In this document: positions 28,961 through 38,469 of the stretch, one piece after another | How positions within the stretch are numbered: the stretch's first letter is position 1 | Layout of the letters: each line of letters starts with the position of its first letter | NCBI GenBank assembly: GCA_965208675.1 | Contig: OZ242351.1 | Location: forward strand, 320,001-384,000 | DNA length: 64,000 bases | Direction of reading: 5' to 3' | Origin: Candidatus Poribacteria bacterium | Lineage (GTDB): Bacteria > Poribacteria > WGA-4E > PCPOR2b | Notes under the pieces: model-generated | Told to the model about the DNA's origin: nothing | The model's input: the letters and a program-made list of their open reading frames with translations, nothing else | Database searches by the model: none | Program-made: the position numbers and the translations under genes

Positions 28961-28989
28961 ATTATAAATTACTACTCAGTTAAAGTCAA
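28961..28989 (-). promoter_or_regulatory. sigma70 promoter for ftsZ
   Basis: TTGACT-17 bp-TATAAT. Confidence 0.8.
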
Positions 28990-29008
28990 TGTTTTTTTGA
29001 TAAATTGT

Positions 29009-29920
29009 CTAGGTTTTATTTTCCTTGAGCGGATTGGTTAACGTTTGGATTATATCCATGAAGTCGTAAGAAGAACCACGGCTATCGGGCGGGTGATTCG
29101 AAGAGAGGTTTTCATGAACAAAGCGGTATACGTCCGCGGCCCCCGCCAAAATTTTAGGGGTCAAACCCACGTGCGCGAACGTCGCAGAAATTTCCTCCAT
29201 TTCAGCTATCCAACGATGCGATTTCGGCGGCATCATCGGTACGTTTCGTTCCATGCGTTCATATAGCATGGACTGGCTCATTTGAAGTTCGTTCTGAAGC
29301 GGCTCCAAGACATCCATGGCTGCCGCCGCGGTTAAAAGTTCGGTGCAAAGTGCGGTCAACCCTTTGGTCAGAGACGCGTAGCACATCTTAATTGCCGAAG
29401 CTAACCCGATTTCTCCGCCCAGCACACGGACATCTAGCCCGCACAGATTTAACGATTCAATGATGCTGGCATCAGGGCCTGATACATAAAAACGAGTAGA
29501 TCCAAAGGTTCTGGGCGGAGGTCCAATTATCGAGGCATCAACAAATCGCCCTCGCACATCTGTGATAATGCCTTCAATTCTGCGAACGGTCTCAGGGGAG
29601 ACCGCATTGCAATCGGCATACACGAGTTGCATGTCGGTTTCCGCAAGTGCATTTGCAACTTTTTTTGCAGCATTCACTGCCTGGCCAGGGGGAAGAATCG
29701 ACAATATGACTTCAGCGTCGCAAACAAGCGAGTCGTATGTTGGCACATCAACGATACCGGCGCGCGCAGACAAGGTTCGCGTGCGTTTTCTCCTCCCCTG
29801 CAAACACGTAATCACATCCAAACCATGTGAACCTAATACACGCCCAACGATATGTCCCATATCACCAGGACTCAGAATTCCTATGGTTTTCAACGGCATT
29901 GCGTCAATCTCCTCGTTCAA
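29009..29920 (-). CDS. NAD(P)-dependent oxidoreductase (6PGDH/HIBADH-like, DUF1932)
   Basis: IGILSPGDMG, DCNAVSP, VDASIIGPPP, ASAIKMCYA and RWIAEMEEI. Confidence 0.88.
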   Translation of the reverse strand: MNEEIDAMPLKTIGILSPGDMGHIVGRVLGSHGLDVITCLQGRRKRTRTLSARAGIVDVPTYDSLVCDAEVILSILPPGQAVNAAKKVANALAETDMQLVYADCNAVSPETVRRIEGIITDVRGRFVDASIIGPPPRTFGSTRFYVSGPDASIIESLNLCGLDVRVLGGEIGLASAIKMCYASLTKGLTALCTELLTAAAAMDVLEPLQNELQMSQSMLYERMERNVPMMPPKSHRWIAEMEEISATFAHVGLTPKILAGAADVYRFVHENLSSNHPPDSRGSSYDFMDIIQTLTNPLKENKT

Positions 29921-29961
29921 TGTTTTTCATTCGGTTGGACAATTTGCACTCCAGTCGTCTT

Positions 29962-31467
29962 CTACAAATCGTACATCTCCCCGTATTTTGTGCGCAGATA
30001 CCGAATATACGGAGCAATGCTCAATGTACCGCCGGTGACACGTTCAATAAGTTCAGGTGCGGCGTATTTTCGTCCGTGCCGGTAAATGTTGTCCCTAAGC
30101 CATCCATACAGGGTGCCAAACTCCGCAGCTTCGATTTGGTTCATAATCTGCGGATGCGCATGCAAAGCGGATTCGAAAAACTGTGCACCCAGTATGTTTC
30201 CGAGTGTGTAACCTTGGAAATTGCCTCCAATAACATCACAGAACCAATGTACATCTTGCAGCACGCCATCACGGTCATCGGGTGGAACAATGCCCAGGTC
30301 AGCTTTGAATCGCTCGCGCCACGCCTCAGGGAGATCGTGCACTTTCAGATTACCCTCAAGTAAATCTAACTCAAGGTCGAAGCGCATCATGACATGTAGG
30401 TTGTAAGTTACCTCGTCCGCATCTGTACGAATAAGCGATCGCGTAACCTTGTTAATTGCGCGGTAAAACGACTCTAGCGGCGTAGTGTTCAGTTGTTGCG
30501 GGTAAATTTTTTGAAGTTTGGGATAGAAGAACTTCCAGAAGTTTCTGCTGCGCCCAACAATGTTCTCCCAAAGACGAGATTGGCTTTCATGGACGCTTGC
30601 GGAGGTGCCTCGCGCAAGCGGCGTCCCTTCAAGTTCCATTCGAATGCCCTGTTCATACAGCCCGTGTCCTGCCTCGTGCATCGTACTAAAGAGCGCTTCA
30701 CTCAGGTCGTTTTCTCGAACCCGTGTCGTAATGCGGACATCGCCTAACGAGAATTTAGTAATAAATGGATGATGGGTTTTGTCTTGCCGTCCACGATTAA
30801 AGTCATATCCAAAGCGTTTGATGACCTCGACGCCGAAATCTATCTGCTGTGGTTCAGGGAAGATGTGGCGCAAGCAAGAATCATCTGCAGCAGGTTGACT
30901 CGTAATCGCCGTTACCATGGGAACAAGCGCCGCTCGCAACTCTGCAAAAATGGTACGCACCATTGAAGCCTTCATTCCGCTGTCTGCAAAGTCGATTAAC
31001 GGGTCGGCGATGTGTTCATACCCAGGGAAAAAGTCAGCCAATTGGCGGCTTAAATCCAGTGTTTTTTCAAGGTATGGTTTTACCGCGGAAAAATCATTTG
31101 CTGGTCTAGCCTTAGTCCATGCCTGATAAGATTCAGAACCGTGGCTAGAGAGCTCAGCCACGAAAGTCGGCGGTACTTTTATCGCTCGCTCATAATCACG
31201 CCTCGTAACGCGGATGAGACTTGCATCGTCCGAGTCATAATGTAAACGGTCCTCGTAGGACTGCAACTCTTCAAGTAATCGTCCTATGTGTGGGTCAATG
31301 AACTTCTCGTGTGCAAGGCGGTCAAGGGTAGCAATCTGGCGGGCGCGAGCATCGTCGCCGCGCGGCGGCATGTAGGTTGACTGATCCCATTGCAGCAACG
31401 CGGCGGCAGAATTTAGATCGTTGATTTCTGCTAGGTGGCATTTGAGCTTTTTTAACTTGGCTTCCAA
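29962..31467 (-). CDS. Carboxypeptidase M32 (Taq-like)
   Basis: LLQWDQ, HPF, DVRITTR, HEAGH (HExxH), HESQS, IRTDADE, GVLQDVHW and YTLGN. Confidence 0.96.
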   Translation of the reverse strand: MEAKLKKLKCHLAEINDLNSAAALLQWDQSTYMPPRGDDARARQIATLDRLAHEKFIDPHIGRLLEELQSYEDRLHYDSDDASLIRVTRRDYERAIKVPPTFVAELSSHGSESYQAWTKARPANDFSAVKPYLEKTLDLSRQLADFFPGYEHIADPLIDFADSGMKASMVRTIFAELRAALVPMVTAITSQPAADDSCLRHIFPEPQQIDFGVEVIKRFGYDFNRGRQDKTHHPFITKFSLGDVRITTRVRENDLSEALFSTMHEAGHGLYEQGIRMELEGTPLARGTSASVHESQSRLWENIVGRSRNFWKFFYPKLQKIYPQQLNTTPLESFYRAINKVTRSLIRTDADEVTYNLHVMMRFDLELDLLEGNLKVHDLPEAWRERFKADLGIVPPDDRDGVLQDVHWFCDVIGGNFQGYTLGNILGAQFFESALHAHPQIMNQIEAAEFGTLYGWLRDNIYRHGRKYAAPELIERVTGGTLSIAPYIRYLRTKYGEMYDL

Positions 31468-31491
31468 AATTCTTTTTCCCTGCTAATACAC

Positions 31492-31697
31492 TAGGTTCTG
31501 TTGACATTTTGAGGCTACTGATTCGGCAAACGTTGTCACCATTGGATAATCTGATATAAGTAGCGCAAACTGTTTAGTTTGCGGGCTCGGATCGCAACCT
31601 AACAGATTGTGTTACAAAAGATTCCTTTGTACTTGATAGGGACTGCCGTTTAACCGTTCAATTCAACCTACGGGATGCCAAATGTCAACACGCCCTA
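31492..31697. mobile_element. MITE-like element with 18-bp imperfect terminal inverted repeats enclosing a GTAG-type REP doublet
   Basis: TAGGTTCTGTTGACATTT versus the reverse complement of the right end TAGGGCGTGTTGACATTT (15/18). Internal GTAGCGCAAACTGTTTAGTTTGCG (31560-31583) / CGCAACCTAACAGATTGTGTTAC (31593-31615). Confidence 0.6.
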
Positions 31698-31718
31698 ATG
31701 TTTGACCTCGTCATTTTT

Positions 31719-32567
31719 TCAACTCATTCGTTCTGGGCAGCTATAAACTGTCATGTTTTTATCCCGCATAAAACCGATTAACATCATTCCACTCCCTTTC
31801 GCCAAGTCAACCGCCAAACTTGACGCTGCAGAAACCGCGGTGATTACTGGAATGCGGGCAAACAACGCTTTCTGGATAATCTCGAAACTTGCGCGGCCGC
31901 TCACCATAAGGATGTGCCTATCTAAAGGGATTTGTTCGCTCAACAACGCTTGCCCAATTACCTTGTCTACTGCATTGTGCCGACCGATATCTTCACGTGC
32001 AATCTGAAGTTCACCTTGTGCATTAAACAGACCAGCGGCATGGAGCCCTCCCGTTTCAGCAAAAACGGTTTGGGCAGATTTGAGTCTTTCATTGAGATTG
32101 TACAAGACAGCCCGTTCTATCTGAAACGATGATTTAATCGGTGGAATTTCTTGCCAAACCGATTCTATAGTCATTTTACCGCACAATCCGCAACTTGCGT
32201 TCGCGTGAAAGTTGCGCTGCCAACTAGCCTCCGCGTCAAATACTTTCCCATCAACAAGATGTATATTTATGACGTTCCCCAGATTTGACCCACCCACATC
32301 CTCGCAGTATGCCATTGCCCCGATGTCATCGGCAGATTCGACTAGCCCCTCTGTGAATAGGAATCCCGCGCCCAGTTCAAAGTCATGTCCCGGCGTCCGC
32401 ATCACGACAATTAAGCTTTGGTTCGCAACGCGAATTTCGAGAGGTTCCTCTACGACCAATTGATCGTTGAACGGAATTGATTGAGAGTTGCGCCAGCGTG
32501 TGACTAGTTCCGTTGTCGTCGGTTGTTGGCTCATGAATGGATGATTTTTGGATTGGACAAGTGCCAA
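31719..32567 (-). CDS. fdhD: Formate dehydrogenase accessory sulfurtransferase FdhD
   Basis: VEEPLEI, MRTPG, GFLFTEG, SCGLCG, TGGLHAA, REDIGRHNAVDK and SGRASFE. The start may be ATG 32534. Confidence 0.96.
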   Translation of the reverse strand: MALVQSKNHPFMSQQPTTTELVTRWRNSQSIPFNDQLVVEEPLEIRVANQSLIVVMRTPGHDFELGAGFLFTEGLVESADDIGAMAYCEDVGGSNLGNVINIHLVDGKVFDAEASWQRNFHANASCGLCGKMTIESVWQEIPPIKSSFQIERAVLYNLNERLKSAQTVFAETGGLHAAGLFNAQGELQIAREDIGRHNAVDKVIGQALLSEQIPLDRHILMVSGRASFEIIQKALFARIPVITAVSAASSLAVDLAKGSGMMLIGFMRDKNMTVYSCPERMS

Positions 32568-32698
32568 TTAACGAAACCAGAGCGGTTGATTGACCGCGTT
32601 CATTTACACGTATCCGTCTACATCAGAGGACGCATGCGCTATATATGTTGAAAGCGCGGGAGGGGAACCAAAACGCTGTATTCTAGACATACCCGCAT

Positions 32699-32727
32699 AT
32701 TCTAGCACATCATTAATTTCCCGTCAA
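32699..32727 (-). promoter_or_regulatory. sigma70-type promoter for fdhD
   Basis: TTGACG-17 bp-TAGAAT with an extended TG. Confidence 0.65.
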
Positions 32728-32755
32728 CGGCGTATGTTTTCGATATGAAATGGAC

Positions 32756-32784
32756 TTGACAGGCAAATGCTCGCTTCATATAAT
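32756..32784 (+). promoter_or_regulatory. Consensus sigma70 promoter for lpdA
   Basis: TTGACA-17 bp-TATAAT, a perfect match. Confidence 0.85.
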
Positions 32785-32827
32785 AACCAATGCGAAGCGA
32801 ATTGTATCTTCTCAATGGGAGGGGTGA

Positions 32828-34213
32828 ATGTCTTCTTACAATGTTGCAATAATTGGCGGCGGCCCTGGAGGTTATGTTGCGGCAATCAAAGCGGCCCAAT
32901 TAGGGGCAAAGGTTTGTCTGATTGAGAAGGGAGAGTTAGGCGGCACCTGTTTAAATCGAGGATGCATTCCGACCAAAACATTATTCGCTGTTGCGAATTT
33001 AGCAACGCAGGTGCGGGGCGCTGCTGGATTTGGACTTAATATTCAAAGTGCAGAGGTCGACTATTCGCAAGTATTAGTGCATAAAAGCACCACTGTCAAC
33101 CAGTTGGCGGAAGGCATCTCAAAATTACTGAAAGGCAACGATGTTCATACAATCAATGGAATAGGGACGCTCACCAGCAGGAATACGATCGAAGTGGAAA
33201 AGTCGGACGGAACGCTGATTGAGATTGAAGCAGAGCGAATAATTATCGCTACTGGCTCTGAACCCGCAAATATCCCAGTGTTTGAAATTGATGAACGGCA
33301 AGTATTAACTACAACAGGAGGACTTGAAATCAATGAACTTCCCTCCAGCATAATTATCATTGGCGGCGGCGTATCCGGTTGTGAATTCGCTTCGATTTTT
33401 AACGGACTAGGCTGTAAAGTAACAATTCTTGAGCTGCTGCCGACTATCCTGGCAACCGAAGATAGACAGGTTGTACGACAGCTTCGAGTTTTCATGAAAC
33501 GGAAAGGTATCGAGGTTCATACAGGCGCTAATGTGACGAGCGTGGAAAAATGTGAAACTGGAGTTACGGCAACGATGGAATCGGGAGAGAAGATTAGCGC
33601 GCAAAAAATGCTGGTTTCAATTGGTAGAACGCTCAACTCGGACGGTATCGGATTGGAAGCCGTGGGGATTCGTAAAAGCGCGGAGGGAAAGATAATTGTC
33701 AACGAAAAGATGGAAACAAACGTACCGGGGATCTATGCGGTCGGCGATGTCGCAAGCCGGTATCTTCTGGCACACGTCGCATCGGCGGAAGGCATTGTTG
33801 CAGCACAGAATTGCATGGGTGGGAGAGTTAGGATGGATTACAGTACCGTGCCGTGGTGTGTTTTCACCATACCTGAAATTGCTAGAGTTGGGATGACTGA
33901 AGAAGAGGCAACCGACGAGGGTTATGAAATCAAAATCGGAAGATTTCCTTATGCGGCAAGCGGGAAAGCGTTGGGCATGAGAGAAACAGAGGGATTCGTC
34001 AAAGTCATTTCCGATTCGGAATCCGGCGACATACTCGGCGTACATATACTTGGGGCGAATGCTTCCGATCTAATCCATGAAGCGGTTGTTGCAATTCGTC
34101 TAGGCGCGTCAGTCGCGGATCTCGCTCACACAATTCACGCCCATCCGACCCTCGCCGAAGCTGTTATGGAGTCGGCTGAAGCCGCGTACAATCGTGCAAT
34201 TCACATGTTGTAG
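32828..34213 (+). CDS. lpdA: Dihydrolipoyl dehydrogenase
   Basis: IGGGPGGYVAAI, GGTCLNRGCIPTK, IYAVGD, LAHVAS and IHAHPTLAE. Confidence 0.97.
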   Translation: MSSYNVAIIGGGPGGYVAAIKAAQLGAKVCLIEKGELGGTCLNRGCIPTKTLFAVANLATQVRGAAGFGLNIQSAEVDYSQVLVHKSTTVNQLAEGISKLLKGNDVHTINGIGTLTSRNTIEVEKSDGTLIEIEAERIIIATGSEPANIPVFEIDERQVLTTTGGLEINELPSSIIIIGGGVSGCEFASIFNGLGCKVTILELLPTILATEDRQVVRQLRVFMKRKGIEVHTGANVTSVEKCETGVTATMESGEKISAQKMLVSIGRTLNSDGIGLEAVGIRKSAEGKIIVNEKMETNVPGIYAVGDVASRYLLAHVASAEGIVAAQNCMGGRVRMDYSTVPWCVFTIPEIARVGMTEEEATDEGYEIKIGRFPYAASGKALGMRETEGFVKVISDSESGDILGVHILGANASDLIHEAVVAIRLGASVADLAHTIHAHPTLAEAVMESAEAAYNRAIHML

Positions 34214-34313
34214 ATGGCGATTTTCAACTCGCCGTAGATAAAACTGATTTAGTTACGTCGCATTCCCAATACATATTGAGATGACAATTTAACATTTTCC
34301 AATTCAAATTACG

Positions 34314-34721
34314 ATGGAAATTGTCAGAGCAGAACTCACCGATGTCGAAATACTCGCTGATTTAAACAGACACCTCATTAAGGACGAACATCACCCAAAT
34401 TCAATGAACATAAATCAGCTTACTCAACGAATGAAAACATGGTTAGAAAACGAATACGTCTGCTATTTAGCGAAAGAGAATGGAATTATTGTAGCGTACT
34501 GCCTTTATAAGGATGAAGGAAAGCATTACTATATGAGGCAACTGTACGTTGACAGAAAACATCGCGGACAAGGAATCGCTACAAGGTTTCTCAATTGGTT
34601 GTACGAGAATATTTGGACGGATAAGAGAGTCAGACTTGACGTATTAGCTCACAACGAAGGTGCAGTAGCATTCTACAAAAGATATGGTTTTAAAATCGGT
34701 GTTTTAAGAATGGAAAAGTGA
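34314..34721 (+). CDS. GNAT family N-acetyltransferase (AT-rich gene)
   Basis: LYVDRKHRGQGIAT and NEGAVAFYKRYGF. Confidence 0.9.
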   Translation: MEIVRAELTDVEILADLNRHLIKDEHHPNSMNINQLTQRMKTWLENEYVCYLAKENGIIVAYCLYKDEGKHYYMRQLYVDRKHRGQGIATRFLNWLYENIWTDKRVRLDVLAHNEGAVAFYKRYGFKIGVLRMEK

Positions 34722-34861
34722 AGCGTAGAAAATCTGAAATTTTGAATTAATTAATCGGCGATTTGCAAATATTTTTAACACTGGGATGAATTAAAACTCT
34801 AACCGGCGGTAATATCGTCATTGGGATTCAATTATCTACAATCGGAAAGGGCCAATAACAA

Positions 34862-35551
34862 TTGAAAAAACAGGCTGTAGTCCTGTTGAGCGGCGGGGTA
34901 GATTCAACGACGACTTTCGCCATTGCTCAATCCCAAGGTTATGAAGTATGGGCTATGAGTTTTCGTTATGGTCAACGGCACGCCCTAGAACTTGAGCGGG
35001 CGCGGCGAATCGCGGCAACGATGAGGGCTAAAAAACACATCATAGTAGATATCGATCTGCGGGCATTTGGCGGTTCCGCATTGACCGATGAGATTGATGT
35101 ACCGAAGCACCGATCGGAAGACGAAATCGGCGCCGGAATTCCCATCACATACGTTCCCGGCAGGAATACGATATTTCTGTCGTTTGCAATGGCGTGGGCA
35201 GAGACATTGGAAATTGATACCATTTTCATTGGCGTGAATGCCCTTGACTACTCGGGATACCCCGATTGCCGGCCGGAATTCATTGACGCTTATCAGCGAA
35301 TGGCAAACATGGCAACAAAGGCTGGCGTTGAGGGCAAAACGGAGTTGAAGATTCTGACACCCTTAATCTCAATGACTAAAGCGGAGATAATTCAAAAGGG
35401 ATCTGAACTGGGTGTTGACTACGGATTAACCCTTAGCTGCTATGAGCCAGATGATTTAGGAAGAGCATGCGGATTGTGCGACAGTTGTTTATTAAGGAAG
35501 AAGGGATTTGCTGAAGCCGGGGTAATCGATGACATTGCCTATCTGTCATAA
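34862..35551 (+). CDS. queC: 7-cyano-7-deazaguanine synthase
   Basis: [34 protein letters not shown] and CGLCDSC. Confidence 0.97.
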   Translation: MKKQAVVLLSGGVDSTTTFAIAQSQGYEVWAMSFRYGQRHALELERARRIAATMRAKKHIIVDIDLRAFGGSALTDEIDVPKHRSEDEIGAGIPITYVPGRNTIFLSFAMAWAETLEIDTIFIGVNALDYSGYPDCRPEFIDAYQRMANMATKAGVEGKTELKILTPLISMTKAEIIQKGSELGVDYGLTLSCYEPDDLGRACGLCDSCLLRKKGFAEAGVIDDIAYLS

Positions 35552-35660
35552 TCCGTCTATGCATGGATACCGGAAAGTTTTTAATTCTTGAGATGGTGCG
35601 CGGGAGTTATCGCTTTTCAAAGTGTTCTTTGACAGGGGCGCGTGTTTCGATTAGCGAACG

Positions 35661-37112
35661 TCAACGAGTGTTACTCTTTTCGATGTACGCTCTCAAATGT
35701 GCAAGCGCACGGCCGCTGTCGATTGCTTCCTTGGTTTGTTCAATTGCTTCCTGCGGGTCGGGGTAAAACCCCAGCAGATAATCCCCAATCGCTGTATTAA
35801 GCAAAATTCGGTCGTACACATGTCCCTTCTGGCCGGATAAAGCAGCTACTCCAACTTCAGCAAACACTTCAGCGCTCACTGATTCCAACCTCGGGTTTTT
35901 TTCGTAATGGAACCCGTATGATGCCGGATTTATGTCCAGTGCAAATACCTGCTTTCCGCCGTCTACGCTTTTATAACCCTGCGTATAATTTATCGCCTTT
36001 CGATCTGCAACAGAGGGCTTGCCAAGGCGCATTGCGTAATGGCTCGTTCCCTCCTCTCCCTTGGTCACCAGTCCAGACTTGAACCCGTGTTCCCACATCA
36101 ACTGGAGTAGGGGTTCCTCGTAACCGGGATGGTAGTAGCCAACAATCATATGGTTTGAGCCCGCGGAATATAACTGTTGGGCTTTTTCGGTAGCCGCCCA
36201 GGGCGGGCGTTTTTTGATGTGCATACGCAATTCACGAATAGCGTATGCTCCGGGCGAATATTCCCTCTGACTAACATAAGCAAACCCCACTTCGGTATCT
36301 TCAATTAAAGTTGCAGCTTTCTCAAGCGGGAGATTTGTACGAGCTCCGAGCGTCTTCAGAATTTTCTCTTCAGTTATCCCGAGTTTCGGGGGCATTTCAT
36401 CTACCCCGTGCAGAATCGACGCTTCTCCAAGTGCGGCGCGCACGGCTGCAATAAACACCGTTGGTTTAAAATACCGCGTGGAACCATCATACGGCTCGCC
36501 AAAATGCGTCAGTGAATTGACAGAGACTTTAAGGACCTGCTCAGGGGCGAAGACGGAATCCATATAACCGCGCACTTCGTCATAGGTTTCACGGTTCATA
36601 CGTTGGCCAATAAGGGCAGCGCCTTTCAATGCCGCTTTTACTTGCCCGTTCAAAATCGCTTCGCCCATTGACCGCGTTTCTTCCGAGGTCAGATGTTCAC
36701 CCCTCAAAATTTTGTCAAGAGATTTTTTGACAATTTCCTCTTGTGGGTTTGCGGCTCGATATCCGAGATCTGGATCCAAGATAAACTTAATATCGGGGGG
36801 CAGGCAGGAATCGAGGTCTGTCTGGAATTGCTCGAACGCTGAGACTTCTGCTTCACTCCACTGAGTTTCCTCTGGAAAGTAGTTTCTGATTGTCATTGCG
36901 GCAAAAAAAGCGCCCATTTGAGCTTCTGAAACCATATGTTCCCAAGAAATCTCCCCCCTTAGCGATTTTAAAATCGTACCAAAAGTCCTTTCGGGCTGGA
37001 TTGAATCCGTCGCACTAATTCCGAGAGGACGAGTCTGGTGAGGCCCGGTGCAAACTCGCGCTTGCGCTTCTAACACGTCCGTATTGGGGCCCGGATATTG
37101 CCTTTGATGCAC
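35661..37112 (-). CDS. Anthranilate phosphoribosyltransferase-like (glycosyltransferase family 3, YbiB/TrpD2-like) protein
   Basis: EAQMGAFF, RMNRET, GEPYDGSTR, LHGVDEMPPK, KRPPWAATEK, GYYHPGY and KGEEG; GTG start at 37112 after GGAG. Confidence 0.8.
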   Translation of the reverse strand: MHQRQYPGPNTDVLEAQARVCTGPHQTRPLGISATDSIQPERTFGTILKSLRGEISWEHMVSEAQMGAFFAAMTIRNYFPEETQWSEAEVSAFEQFQTDLDSCLPPDIKFILDPDLGYRAANPQEEIVKKSLDKILRGEHLTSEETRSMGEAILNGQVKAALKGAALIGQRMNRETYDEVRGYMDSVFAPEQVLKVSVNSLTHFGEPYDGSTRYFKPTVFIAAVRAALGEASILHGVDEMPPKLGITEEKILKTLGARTNLPLEKAATLIEDTEVGFAYVSQREYSPGAYAIRELRMHIKKRPPWAATEKAQQLYSAGSNHMIVGYYHPGYEEPLLQLMWEHGFKSGLVTKGEEGTSHYAMRLGKPSVADRKAINYTQGYKSVDGGKQVFALDINPASYGFHYEKNPRLESVSAEVFAEVGVAALSGQKGHVYDRILLNTAIGDYLLGFYPDPQEAIEQTKEAIDSGRALAHLRAYIEKSNTR

Positions 37113-37301
37113 GTTATCTCTCCGTTCGCTTTTAAAGCGGGGCAAGATGTTCGGTTAACAATACGTGCTGCGTACGAAAATACCCTCGCGGCATTAATGA
37201 TCGGTCAACTACAAATTGGACCGCGTAGGGTCTATGTCAGATTCACCGGGGATTTTAGGTTAATTCGCAGCGGCTATATCGGGTATGAACGCTTAACGAA
37301 A

Positions 37302-37335
37302 TAAAAGCCCTACACCTTCGATCTGGCGTAGGGCT
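37302..37335 (-). terminator. Rho-independent terminator of the vanZ-OMP operon
   Basis: AGCCCTAC (37306-37313) / GTAGGGCT (37328-37335) followed by a U-tract on the minus strand. Confidence 0.65.
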
Positions 37336-37365
37336 AATTATCGAAACGCATAGGAAAACCACAAT

Positions 37366-38394
37366 TTAAAACAAGAGATCGTCGCCTGATTCTGGGGTTT
37401 CCGGAGCAATAATAGCTTGTTTTTTGCCGCCGACTGTCAGATAGAATTGGAAGCCGGGTTCATTCACAAAACCGACATAAAAGGCGGATGTATTGGAGAG
37501 TTGGTAGCGCAATCCGAGGCTGAGCAAGTTTGTGATTGTGACGCCGCTAAGTGGCAATGCCCGAGAAAAGTCGCCTGCCAACCATAAGTCCTCAGAAAAT
37601 GCCAGCTCTCCGCCTAATTGCCAAATCAAAGTGAACGAATCCGTAGTCTTGAGTGACTTGGATGAAAGATATGCCCCCAAGGCGCTGTGTGCGTTTAGGT
37701 ACTCATTGAACTTCTGTGTACCTACCAGATAGGTCTCAACTCCAACAAACGGAAAACTATCGTGAGGGGTACGGTCGAGAAACTCATTGTCCGTATTTAG
37801 TCTATTGTCGGCGGTATACCCAATCTGAATGTTCCCGCCTACCGATAGGCTGGGCAGCCCATCGTGGACCTCAGGCTTGACATTATATTTAAGTCCAATA
37901 AGGGAGTCGAACAGCGCTTGATCGTAGACACGCCTGTTTTCTACCGGGTCGAGCGGCAATGCATCTTTATCCGCATCGTGGATTCGATAAAAATCAGGGA
38001 TAATCTTGCGGACGCCGCCGGTGGCGAAGGTGCCGCCCATGGTAAAATCTAATCTATCGCTGAGACCATAGGTGAATCGTATCGGCGCCAAAAATGTCTC
38101 AATCTCCAGTTCGACAAGATGAAATTCTTCAAAACCTCCAACAACCACGCGTTGTCTGTTTTCAGGCATTCGCCTTTCTTTCTCGAATTGGAAAAGCCCA
38201 AAGTTAGTCGTGTAACCTCCTTTACCAAGCGTATCAGCCGTTTGCATCACGCCAAGTTGGGGTGCTGACGCTTTTCCAACTGTAGGGTTTATGGCTACGG
38301 CGATAACAGTCGAGATTGCCAGAAGCCATCGAACTCGTAGTAACTGAAGAATTTGCATGGATCTCCTTACACTACAAATTTTGAGTATTGCCAA
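37366..38394 (-). CDS. Putative outer-membrane beta-barrel protein
   Basis: Signal-like N-terminus, TADTLGKG, and alternating amphipathic strands (RFTYGLSDRLDF, GLKYNV, LGLRYQL). Confidence 0.6.
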   Translation of the reverse strand: MAILKICSVRRSMQILQLLRVRWLLAISTVIAVAINPTVGKASAPQLGVMQTADTLGKGGYTTNFGLFQFEKERRMPENRQRVVVGGFEEFHLVELEIETFLAPIRFTYGLSDRLDFTMGGTFATGGVRKIIPDFYRIHDADKDALPLDPVENRRVYDQALFDSLIGLKYNVKPEVHDGLPSLSVGGNIQIGYTADNRLNTDNEFLDRTPHDSFPFVGVETYLVGTQKFNEYLNAHSALGAYLSSKSLKTTDSFTLIWQLGGELAFSEDLWLAGDFSRALPLSGVTITNLLSLGLRYQLSNTSAFYVGFVNEPGFQFYLTVGGKKQAIIAPETPESGDDLLF

Positions 38395-38469
38395 CCCTAT
38401 GAGTAGTCCAAGCCCTCATTTCGTCGCAATAGGTGAATTTAATCATGCGAAGTGAAAAATCGGCGGCCG

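Noticed and set aside
32568-32698. Moco riboswitch upstream of fdhD (also checked before moaD)
   Set aside because: No recognisable multi-stem Moco motif; an Rfam scan would be needed to exclude it fully.
34722-34861. preQ1 riboswitch upstream of queC
   Set aside because: No recognisable preQ1-I stem, loop and A-rich tail.
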